A stretch of DNA of 41,790 nt, from NCBI RefSeq assembly GCF_006345805.1, contig NW_021835881.1, positions 1-41,790 of the forward strand, written 5' to 3'. The notes below the pieces were generated by a model that had not been told where the DNA came from, made no database searches, and saw only the letters and a list, made by a program, of their open reading frames with translations. The position numbers and the translations under genes were made by a program. This document shows, piece by piece, positions 11,403 to 21,184 of the stretch. Origin of the DNA: Octopus sinensis. Its lineage: Eukaryota. Every line of letters begins with the position of its first letter. Position 1 is the first letter of the stretch.

Positions 11403-12576
11403 GAATACCGATCCTACACCTTGCGTTCGTGATACAACTTCCAGAACTGCTGGCATAGGTAAATCACTGCCACATGGTAGATATAAGCAGAACCAAGACA
11501 AGGTCTGAAGGAGAGAAAAAAAAACATAAAAGATATGTCAGGTGCAGTGGCGCACCAAGAGTGTATGCGGTCAGGAGTGATCCTAGAGTGTGTAACACTC
11601 CCCCTACTCCAGGGGGTGGAGACTATAAAATCTACAGGGTTATACAGCAGACCCAAAAGTGCCGCCCACCTAAAAGCCTCATCCGGAGCATCCGTTCCAC
11701 CTCGCCCATCCCTACCTACGTTACTGGTCAGTTTGCAACATCGAGCGTCAGGAATCTGTAGCATATTTCGATTAGCCATTGTGGAGACAATAATTCATAC
11801 CCATCTGAAGATGCAGTTGCTAAGGAGAAATAATTAGGATTCTCCTAAAGAATTTCGATAATAGATTACAAAAGTTAGCAACGTTTAATCAATTACTGCT
11901 CTCCGAAAGAGGTTCTGCTACTAATTTGTAAAAGTTAGCAACATTTAATAAAGAGGAAAAAGAAAAAAAAAATCCTTCTTGCAAGTAGTCTAACTAATTA
12001 TGTATACCCATACCTTCAAAGGAATGCCCAGAGGGTGGTGGCTGTTGATTAACTTTGAAGGCAGTCAAGATCATTAACGATTGGCAGTGGGAAGATGGAG
12101 GGAGAGAGGGAGAGAGGGAGAAAGTTAGGGAGAGAGGGAATAGAGCGAGGGAGAGAGAAAAGGAGGGAGGCAGATATAGAGATTCTTTTCACTGAGAAAT
12201 GAGTAACTTTTCAACAACTGAACGAACGACCAGAATTTCAAAATTAATAAAAGGATAACTGACAAATATTATTACTAAAATGAAATACACAAGCACGAGA
12301 TTGAAAAATGTACATAAACCAATTAACTACAGAAATCAAATGCTGAAGAACTATTCTACCTCCAAGACCCTCCCCCGCTGCTTTATACTATATTCTGTCG
12401 TTGTACTGTGGCTGACGTCGACCTTGGCGTCAAGAGATATAACTGCGTAAGGTAATTTTGTTCGATATAATGATTGTAGCTATCCACGCCAATGCCGAAA
12501 AAGAAAAAAAACACACGCACGCATGCATACATACATACGTACATACATACATATATACATAGATACATACATACAT

Positions 12577-12623
<47 letters not shown>

Positions 12624-12732
12624 TACATACATACATACATACATACATACATACATACATACATACATACATACACAAAAACATACATACATTCATGCAT
12701 ACATACATACAAACACACACATATATACATAC

Positions 12733-12836
12733 CCAGTTGTTGATGAGGAAATTCCAATGAAGGAACCTTGGATCTAGGTTAGAAACCAGTTCTTTCTCTA
12801 TTGTCTAGAAATCTTGAAATAAAACTGAATAATGAC
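12733..12836 (+). mobile_element. Short PLE-type terminal fragment in (CATA)n; related piece at ~24590-24650
   Basis: Both copies share TAGAAACC(A/G)G(T/C)TCTT...ATCTT...ATAAAA.TGAA.AATGAC followed by (ATAC)n. Decayed HHR-like layout at 12748-12796. Confidence 0.5.
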
Positions 12837-12861
12837 ATACATACATACATACATACATACA

Positions 12862-13425
12862 TACAAGATTTTCTTGCCTTAAAAAAAGTGTCTAGACGCG
12901 TGAAAAAGTGGTAGACGGTGGGCGAAAGATCAGGAGAATATGAAGGATGTGATAAAGTCTCGTATTCCAAGTCTGTGAGCTTCTTCAGTGTCATCCTGGA
13001 AACATGCGGTCAAGCGTTGTCTTGGAGCATAATTGGACCACGTCGATAAACCAGTGCAGAGCTCATTTTGATCAAATGAACATGCATTTCTTCCTGTTGC
13101 TTACAGTAAATCTTCCGTTGTAATGCTCTGGTTAGGTTCCAGAAAACTATAATGGACGACACCATTGGCAGACCACCAGATAGTCACTATGATTTTCTTC
13201 TGATGCAACTTCAGTTTCGGGAAATGTTTGGGTGCTTCATCATATTGACCCAATCGCTTACGATTGTCATAAAGGATCTACTTTTTGTTACAAAACCTCT
13301 GTTCGATCAAGAAATGGGCCATTAGAGTTTCTCACGGAGACCATCGAACACACTTCAAATCGCCGAAGTTTTTCGATTTTCATTGATGTTTTGCGGGACC
13401 CATTTTTTCATCAATTTCCTTTGTA
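12862..13425 (-). mobile_element. Mariner-type transposase fragment (pseudogene)
   Basis: LQDNA*PHV, ETLSHPSYSPDLSPTVYHFF (YSPDL motif), upstream KHFPKLKLHQKKIIVTIWW. Confidence 0.88.
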
Positions 13426-13964
13426 AATTTCAGATGCACCTAGCTTTTGCTGATTATTAACACATGCTCACGTACAGATAGCCCCCATAATTCAGCTTTA
13501 TATTACACACGCACACACACGCGCGCACAATACATACATACATACATACATACATACATACATACATACATACACACATGATCACACTGTAGCCGTCATT
13601 TGCGCGCAAGTAGGATTTGGTAATTTGTACTGCAGCCTGCTTTCGCTGATTGCTTTAGGTGTCTGTGCAGTCGCGAGCAAAGGCTGACACACTTTCGGCT
13701 TTTCTGTCTTTGATCCAGTTGAATGACAGCTAGTGAGATGACTGCGTCATAGTACTCGGCTAATACTTCATTTACGTCAGTACACTGCAACAATTAGAAA
13801 TGAAATGCCCAGCTCAAGAGCACAACACGCCACCCGGTCCCACGACCTATGCATAAATACACACAAATACAAATCCGCACACGCGCGCGCACACTTATGC
13901 ACAGAGGGAGAGAAAGAAAGAGAGAAGAGAAAGAGAATACACTACCATAAATAAACACATACAC

Positions 13965-14010
<46 letters not shown>

Positions 14011-14226
14011 AGTTAATCCAAACAAGAAAACACAGAAAAAAAACACAGCAACGCGAGGACGTGGAACAATTAAAGTATTATTTGACGCTCAGGAAAGAAG
14101 GGAAGGAGGGTTTAACGTTTCGAGCGTAGCTCTTCGTCGGAAACAAAGGAGAAGGAAAGATCCCGAGAAGGGAAGACAGAGGAAAAAAATTTTTTTGATG
14201 GTGGTGCTCAAGAGATCACATGTTGA
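14011..14226 (-). mobile_element. PLE-type terminal fragment inserted in (TA)n
   Basis: (TA)n on both sides; carries a minimal HHR; organisation similar to 29292-29490. Confidence 0.6.
14110..14144 (-). ncRNA. Minimal type I hammerhead ribozyme (U4C variant)
   Basis: GUUU-CCGACGA-A-GAGC(uac)GCUC-GAA-ACGU-U-AAAC: stems I and II paired, palindromic ACGU stem III. Confidence 0.7.
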
Positions 14227-14505
14227 ATATATATATATATATATATAAGTTTAACAATTAAGGATAATCTCTTAATAAGGGATTTTAACAAGAAATTATC
14301 GGGTAGCTAGCGTGAAAACCTCATAAAAGAAAAGAATTCGAAAATAATTTTTTTCTTTTGAACAAATTAATTATATCTATATTGTATAGAGGGCATTATT
14401 ACACATAAATGCCTCACACTAGGAGGGACAAAGTCATTACTACCAAAATTATACTAATCATACCCAAATGCAGTTTTTCAAAGCAAGACATTTAAAAATG
14501 AATTT

Positions 14506-14563
14506 AGTTCTGTATCACCGTGATTTCACATTCAACTTACGTCTAATTATCATCAGCAGAACT
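14506..14563 (-). ncRNA. Type I hammerhead ribozyme, array A copy 1
   Basis: AGUUCUG-CUGAUGA-stem II (one extra mismatch versus copies 2 and 3)-GAA-AUCAC(G)GUGAU-A-CAGAACU. Confidence 0.75.
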
Positions 14564-14983
14564 GATTCTGAACACATCATAAATAAACTACCAACCTTAC
14601 GTAGCGAAGACGAACAGACACTGCTCACTCCGGCCAAGCACATGGAACGTTTATAAATCATATATCCGGTAAATGGCGGGCTTTTTACGAACTGCATGTC
14701 GGTAATGAAAAGTATTTCGGAATAAGTTTAACAATTAAGGATAATCTCTTAATAAGGGATTTTAACAAGAAATTATCGGGTAGCTAGCGTGAAAACCTCA
14801 TAAAAGAAAAGAATTCGAAAATAATTTTTTTCTTTTGAACAATTAATTATATCTATATTGTATAGAGGGCATTATTACACATAAATGCCTCACACTAGGA
14901 GGAGGGACAAAGTCATTACTACCAAAATTATACTAATCATACCCAAATGCAGTTTTTCAAAGCAAGACATTTAAAATGAATTT

Positions 14984-15041
14984 AGTTCTGTATCACCGTG
15001 ATTTCACATTCAACTTACGTCTAATGATCATCAGCAGAACT
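14984..15041 (-). ncRNA. Type I hammerhead ribozyme, array A copy 2
   Basis: AGUUCUG-CUGAUGA-U-CAUU-A-GAC(GUAA)GUU-G-AAUG-U-GAA-AUCAC(G)GUGAU-A-CAGAACU. 7-bp stem I, AUA cleavage triplet. Confidence 0.85.
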
Positions 15042-15453
15042 GATTCTGAACACATCATAATAAACTACCAACCTTACGTAGCGAAGACGAACAGACAACT
15101 GCTCACTCCGGCCAAGCACATGGAACGTTTATAAATCATATATCCGGTAAATGGCGGGCTTTTTACGAACTGCATGTCGGTAATGAAAAGTATTTCGGAA
15201 TAAGTTTAACAATTAAGGATAATCTCTTAATAAGGGATTTTAACAAGAATTATCGCTAGCGTGAAAACCTCATAAAAGAAAAGAATTCGAAAATAATTTT
15301 TTTCTTTTGAACAATTAATTATATCTATATTGTATAGAGGGCATTATTACACATAAATGCCTCACACTAGGAGGGACAAAGTCATTACTACCAAAATTAT
15401 ACTAATCATACCCAAATGCAGTTTTTCAAAGCAAGACATTTAAAAATGAATTT

Positions 15454-15511
15454 AGTTCTGTATCACCGTGATTTCACATTCAACTTACGTCTAATGATCA
15501 TCAGCAGAACT
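15454..15511 (-). ncRNA. Type I hammerhead ribozyme, array A copy 3
   Basis: Same sequence as copy 2. Confidence 0.85.
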
Positions 15512-15589
15512 GATTCTGAACACATCATAAATAAACTACCAACCTTACGTAGCGAAGACGAACAGACAACTGCTCACTCCGGCCGTGTG

Positions 15590-15810
15590 TTGTGCGTCGT
15601 TTTGTTTGTGTTTATCCTCCACCAATGCTTGATAACTGGTGTTGGGGTGTTTATGTCCCTGAAACGTTGTGGTTCAGCAAAAGAGACGGTGGAATAAGTA
15701 CCCAGGCCTTAAAAGAAAAGAGGTGTTAGGGGTCGCTTAGTTCGACTAAAAATCCTCCAAGCGTTGCCCCAGTATGGTCACAGTCTAATGATTGAAACAA
15801 GTAAAAGATA
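15590..15810 (+). mobile_element. SINE family B 3' half (diverged)
   Basis: GCTTGATAACTGGTGTTGG...GGTTCAGCAAAAGAGAC...ATGATTGAAACAAGTAAAAGATAA. Confidence 0.7.
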
Positions 15811-15989
15811 AGGGTGTCGCGAAAGACCTAGTTGGAGGCCCAACCTTCCGTTTTTTTTACAGGGTTTAGAAAAGTTGAAGGAGCCTGCACTCTGTGTATC
15901 TGAGAGTGGGGTATGCTGAATAAAATCATAATTAACTGATCGTCCTGTATTTTCTTTTACCCAGAGCCAGGAACTTTTCAGCACTCCCT

Positions 15990-15992
<3 letters not shown>
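15811..15992. repeat. Dispersed ~180-bp repeat; inverted relative at ~30996-31200
   Basis: Both copies translate to 'WLWVKENTG.SV' on opposite strands and share GGGTGTCGCGAAAG and AGCCAGGAAC.TTTCAGCA. Confidence 0.75.
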
Positions 15993-16036
<44 letters not shown>

Positions 16037-17027
16037 TATGGGCTTCCGTAGTTTTCGTGTTCAACTTACCAAATTTCACTCAAACATTCTTTAGGTAGAA
16101 TTGAAGCCACAGCAGAAAGGTTTAAAACCCGAGGTGCTGCGCAGCGCGGAATCAAGTTCTAATCAGTCTAGTTTGCGAGGAGAACGCCTTAACAACACAC
16201 CCAAACCTAAGTCCACATTAAGCCGAAGGGAATTATATTCTGATTTGTAATAATTGCATTGCGAAAACAAAACAAAGCTAAGTAAATACACGATGTGATC
16301 TAAAATAAATACACTTTGTAATATAACCAACGGGGAAAAAAAAAAATCTTAACAAAAAAATACGAAAATAAAACACTTTATTATTAAATACTACATACCA
16401 GACAAGTTTGCAATACATTCCTAGACAAACTAATGGCGTCAATCGCATCGTCCCAACTCCTTCTAACAGCCGAAGATTTATTACTAATGATTACAATAAT
16501 CACCTCCTATTATGTCTGCAAGCATATTTTATGCTGATGTTGTTGGTTAGATCCTTCATCGGTTTAAGAGCAATGGGACTTCAAAATCGTGATCATCCCT
16601 TCTATAACTCGGACATTTGGATAATATCCAGTGTATTCATAAGTGACATTTATACAGTGTATTCTGTTATTTTTATGATGCAGTGTTGTGTATTTTAGCG
16701 AGGGCAAGATTTGGTTGTTATTTCTAATGTTGTAGTTATTCAATTTTGAAAAAAAAAAAAATTATCACACAAATTCTCAAAGTTTACTGCCAGGATTGAC
16801 TTCATTGTTCGGAATGTTATGAAGAGAGAAACTAGGAATGGGCGGGAAAGTGGAACATCACTGCCGCATACACACACACACACACACGAATACATACATA
16901 CATAAATATATATATGTATACGTATACAAGCATATATATAAACACATATGTATATATACATGTATATATACAAATACATACATACATGCAAACATATATA
17001 TATATGTATATATATATATATACATAT

Positions 17028-17181
17028 ATGCCGGAGTTAGCACATAAATGTGGAACAAGGTGGGGAAAAAAAGAATACTCAAATACAAGAGGTAGAGTAA
17101 TATGCTTTATTATCAGAAATATCACAAAAAGTGTCACTCTGAGTAACAGTTTTTGTGATAATTCTGTTGCTTTTAATAAAG

Positions 17182-17184
<3 letters not shown>
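17028..17184. mobile_element. PLE-type terminal repeat with internal palindrome, same family as 19294-19535
   Basis: TATCACAAAAAGTGTC-ACTC-T-GAGT-AACAGTTTTTGTGATA. The outer part is the reverse complement of 19470-19535. Confidence 0.7.
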
Positions 17185-17220
<36 letters not shown>

Positions 17221-17274
17221 GTATGTATGTATATATGCTTGTATGTATGAATGTATGAATGTATATATATATAT

Positions 17275-18230
17275 GGAAAAATAAGTCAAGATAGAAAATG
17301 CTAAAGTTATTTTATAAAAAACATTTCAGTACCGGTTTCAGTAATTGAGACTTTTTCAATTGTAAGTATGGAAAATAATTAGAATTGGAAAAATTTAAAG
17401 AAAAGTTTTTTAAAAAAATATATGCTTAGTGTTCAAATACAAGTGGCATTTTCCTTGTTTCTGCCTATCTCTGTCTCTCTTGTTTATTCATGTGGATTCG
17501 AGGTCGTTGTGATTTATTGGTAGGGAAGAAGAAGAAGAAGAAGAAGAAGAAGAAGAAGAAGAAGAAGAAGAAGGAATGTAGGTAGTGTGAAAGTAGTAAG
17601 GTGTTAAATGTTCAAAATGACTTAAAATTGGCACGTTATGGATTATAGCAGTGATTGGAACTGTTTTTTCATGAATTCTTGGGAATCTCTTGAGCGTATC
17701 ATTATTAATATTTGCGTGTGTATTTGTGTTATTCTAAGGCCGTGGTGGATATGTCGTTTGTCGTAGACGCGTTCAAAAGGGGTCTGTATTTTGTAATAAA
17801 GAGAGTCTCTTTAATAATTCGTTGACTCCAGGTTGTATCGTTCCTGAATTGGTAGAGGGGAAAACTTCTAAAGCTTGGATTTTTGTTATTGGTGCAAATG
17901 TCTATGCTTGATTAGTTTTGATCCGAGTTCAAGGAGTCTTCGTTCACAAGTATAGGTGTCCGAAACTATGGAACAGATTCTTTTCGCTAGCTTACCAGGT
18001 ATATTAACGGTGTGGCATAAATTGAATAATAGGTATTGTTTTGAATCTGTGGGTTTATAGAAGACGTCTGTTTCGATGTGGTTATTGGCTATTTTAATTA
18101 GGATGTCAAGAAAAGGGAGTTGTTTATTGCTGTGCTCCATGGTGAATTGTATGTTGCTATTGATATTGTTGAGCATTATTTTGAAATCAAGTAGTTTGTC
18201 CATGCTATCTTTCTAAAGTATAAAGCAATA
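17275..18230 (-). mobile_element. Penelope-like retroelement fragment (RT C-terminus fused by deletion to the end of GIY-YIG, plus 3'UTR)
   Basis: ORF 17886-18203 NSNIQFTMEHSNKQLPFLDILI...TDVFYKPTDSKQYL.F..CH (PLE RT/thumb), then FPLYQF...QRIIKERLFITKYRPLLN. 3'UTR has (GAA)n and an HHR-like motif and ends in (TA)n. Confidence 0.88.
17327..17362 (-). ncRNA. Atypical hammerhead-like motif (UUGAAAA core) in PLE 3' end
   Basis: CAA-UUGAAAA-AGU(cucaauu)ACU-GAA-ACCGGU-A-CUG. Confidence 0.4.
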
Positions 18231-18272
18231 TACATAGATAGGCGTATGTATACACATATATACGCTCACACA

Positions 18273-18315
<43 letters not shown>

Positions 18316-18382
18316 TATAGACTCTACAGGAAAAGCGTCCAGTATGTCAGTGATGCTTATTTTAGCGAGCCCCTACATAAGG

Positions 18383-18607
18383 AAAGGTAAAGATATATTT
18401 CTTTATTGCCCACAAGGGGCTAAACATAAAGGGGACAGACAAAGGGATTAAGTCAATTACATAGACTCCAGTGCGTAACTGGTACTTAATTTATCGACCC
18501 CGAAAGGATGAAAGGCAAAGTCAACCTCGGCGGAATGTGAACTCACAACGTAACGGCAGACGAAATACGGCTACGCATTTCGCCCGGCGTGCTAACGTTT
18601 CTGCCAA
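18383..18607 (-). mobile_element. SINE family A, near full length
   Basis: Reverse complement of 23385-23612, including TGGCAGAAACGTTAGCACGCCGGGCGAAATGC and GAGTTCACATTCCGCCGAGG. Confidence 0.85.
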
Positions 18608-19170
18608 CTGATAGCATAGACGGAATTCGAAAGAAGAGCCTATACAACAGTAAGTAAATATTAAATGGTAGCCTATGATAGATACAGGTAACGGTCTGTG
18701 ATTCAGAAAGTCACTGGGGAAATTACGTGAAATTTGCGTTCGATTTTACCATGCGTCACTTTGGTAAAATGTCTTCAACTATATTGGGAGTCTAATCGAA
18801 AAGTGTGAGTAAAATTGAGCAGACGGGCTTTATGTGGAAGCCCGCCTGGTGGACTGAAACTGTTCTTTGGTCGTGAATGAAATTCAGCACCCTGTTTAAT
18901 GCCGCCCCTTGCGCTAAGTTGCGTGACTTTCGAAGAGTTTAACGCGTTGTAAACGTTCATGTGGAATCAAGTTTCCTATATAGAAATGATAAGGATAATA
19001 AATGGCTTGAATTCACTATTACCCTTTAATTGATCTAATCTACAGAATCATATTACATATATGTGTACGCATATATATATGTATGCAATTATATATATAC
19101 ATACTTACGTACATACGTACACACACATATATATTATATATATAATATATATGTATATATATATATGTGT

Positions 19171-19227
<57 letters not shown>

Positions 19228-19293
19228 ATGTATGTATGTATGTATGTATGTATGTATGTATGTATATATGTATGTATGTATATATATATTTAT

Positions 19294-19531
19294 GTATACT
19301 TCATTATTAAAGCTGGAAAATACATCACAAAAGTATCACAAAAAACTGCTACTCAGAGTTTCACGTTCCCGTTGGTCGGGCAGATCGTAACTGCCCGACG
19401 AACAGAAACGTGAAACTCTGAGTAGCAGTTTTTGTGATATCTTTGTGATGTTTTGCAACTTAATAATAAAGCATATTACTCTGAGTGCTATTCTTTGCCG
19501 TACCTTGTTTCACTTTTATGTGCTTACTCTG

Positions 19532-19535
<4 letters not shown>
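19294..19535. mobile_element. Inverted pair of PLE-type terminal repeats, each with a hammerhead
   Basis: Arms ~19294-19383 and ~19391-19476 with a 7-nt spacer; flanked by TA/TATG microsatellites. Confidence 0.75.
19391..19428 (+). ncRNA. Minimal type I hammerhead-like motif (mirror copy at 19346-19383, minus strand)
   Basis: Plus copy: CUGC-CCGACGA-AC(agaaac)GU-GAA-ACUC(U)GAGU-A-GCAG. Minus copy: CUGC-CCGACCA-ACG(ggaa)CGU-GAA-ACUC(U)GAGU-A-GCAG. Confidence 0.65.
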
Positions 19536-19593
<58 letters not shown>

Positions 19594-19602
19594 GTACATG
19601 TT

Positions 19603-19657
<55 letters not shown>

Positions 19658-19820
19658 AAGTCAAATTGCGATAAAATAAAAATAATTATTATCGCTGGTA
19701 TTTCTAGCACAAGCCATATATTTTTCATATATCAGTACATTAAGGCGAAATATGTGCTAGGAACACAGAAGCTAGATAAATTTAGTGAAATGAAGATAAA
19801 AACATTTACTAACTCGGTTC

Positions 19821-19894
19821 CTCTTAGACTGCAGTTTCGTTCTTTTCATCAATAAAGATAAATTATTTGCTCAGGGAGAATTCATCGGTAAGAG
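19821..19894 (-). ncRNA. Type I hammerhead ribozyme, array B copy 1
   Basis: CUCUUA-CCGAUGA-long stem II (UUCU/AGAA...)-GAA-ACUGCAGU-C-UAAGAG; GUC triplet. Confidence 0.8.
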
Positions 19895-20217
19895 CCCTGT
19901 TGTTCTGAGATCCTAACTCACTAGAAGCATGTGCTTCTAATGATTTACTCTCTCTAACTAATCAGATCACTGCGCAGACTCCGAACGTCCCGACAAAACT
20001 AGGGATTTCTGGTATATCGTCTAGCGCTCAAAATTTATCGAGAAATATGTAAACAAGTCAAATTGCGATAAAATAAAAATAATTATTATCGCTGGTATTT
20101 CTAGCACAAGCCATATATTTTTCATATATCAGTACATTAAGGCGAAATATGTGCTAGGAACACAGAAGCTAGATAAATTTAGTGAAATGAAGATAAAAAC
20201 ATTTACTAACTCGGTTC

Positions 20218-20291
20218 CTCTTAGACTGCAGTTTCGTTCTTTTCAGCAATAAAGATAAATTATTTGCTCGGGGAGAATTCATCGGTAAGAG
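20218..20291 (-). ncRNA. Type I hammerhead ribozyme, array B copy 2
   Basis: As copy 1, with better distal stem II pairing (AGCA/UGCU, AUAA/UUAU). Confidence 0.82.
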
Positions 20292-20407
20292 CCCTGTTGT
20301 TCTGAGATCCTAACTCACTAGAAGCATGTGCTTCTAATGATTTACTCTCTCTAACTAATCAGATCACTGCGCAGACTCCGAACGTCCCGACAAAACTAGG
20401 GATTTCT

Positions 20408-21155
20408 ATTCTATAATTATGAACATAATTATAATCAGGAGTCAGCTAATTGCTTCACCAGGCACCGAATTTAGAAATGGTAGTTAAAATGACTTTTCTG
20501 CTACTATAAAGATCTCCCAGACAATAACAAACTTATTTACGTACAAAAAGAAAAAAAATTACGAATCCACACGACTTAGATTAGCTACATACGCGTTTCG
20601 AATTTGAAGTAAGGTAATATTTACTTACTTATTTCACCTCTTCAGTGCAGTATTTCAAGATATAAAGTTGTGAGTGTTAGAATTAAATATGTACGTGATC
20701 AAGCGTCATCGCATAACTGACATCCAACCAACACTTTCAAAAATATACAGCCGAACGTGAACACGTTTTCATCCTTAATACCCACGTGTGTGTTACGAGT
20801 AATCCTGCAGAAACTGCGATTTCTGATCAAGGAGTAAAATATATTTCAATAATAATAAAAGGCTTAATTAATAATTAATAATTTTACCGAGTAGTTCGGT
20901 ACCTTTTTTAGGTAAAATTATATTTTATAAATATAATTATAACCAGGGGTTAGCTAATTGCTTCACCGTGCACCGAATATAGAAATAGGAGTTAAAATGC
21001 CTTTTCTGCTACTGTAAAGATCTCCCAGACAATAACACTTATTTACGTAGGCAAAAAAAAAAAGCGAATCCACACGACTCAGATTAGCTACATACACGTT
21101 TCGAATTTGAAGTAAAGTAATATTTACAAACATATTTCACCCCTTCAGTGAAGCA
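20408..21155 (-). repeat. Retrozyme-like tandem array C: ~505-bp unit x ~1.5 (copies visibly diverged)
   Basis: ATAATTATAA.CAGG.GT.AGCTAATTGCTTCACC at 20425 and 20933; HHR motif repeated 503 bp apart. Confidence 0.85.
20585..20650 (-). ncRNA. Type I hammerhead ribozyme, array C copy 1 (decayed copy at 21088-21153)
   Basis: CUGCA-CUGAAGA-GG..UGAA.UAAG...CUUA.UUCA..UC-GAA-ACGCGU-A-UGUAG; GUA triplet. Copy 2 has CUGAAGG and ACGUGU. Confidence 0.8.
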
Positions 21156-21184
21156 TATACTAGCTTATACATCTCTATATATAA

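Larger units (their letters stand above)
14245..15584 (-). repeat. Retrozyme-like tandem array A: ~477-bp unit x ~2.8
   Basis: Unit starts ATAAGTTTAACAATTAAGG at 14245, 14722 and 15200. Copies are near-identical; left end lies in (TA)n; one HHR per unit. Confidence 0.9.
19653..20407 (-). repeat. Retrozyme-like tandem array B: 397-bp unit x ~1.9
   Basis: TAAACAAGTCAAATTGCG at 19653 and 20050. Copies are nearly identical; left end lies in (TA)n. Confidence 0.9.

Noticed and set aside
11414-11837. Overlapping GC-richer ORFs on both strands
   Set aside because: No recognisable domain or splice evidence; probably a decayed TE end, but I could not classify it.
14468-15697. Repeated ORF MQFFKARHLKMNLV... 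in array A (and 29875-30075 in array D)
   Set aside because: Short, frameshifted between copies, no motif, and antisense to the ribozyme. Treated as incidental.
16408-16698. 96-aa ORF in non-repetitive DNA as a possible host exon
   Set aside because: No domain similarity, codon signal or supported splice sites; cannot be called without RNA data.
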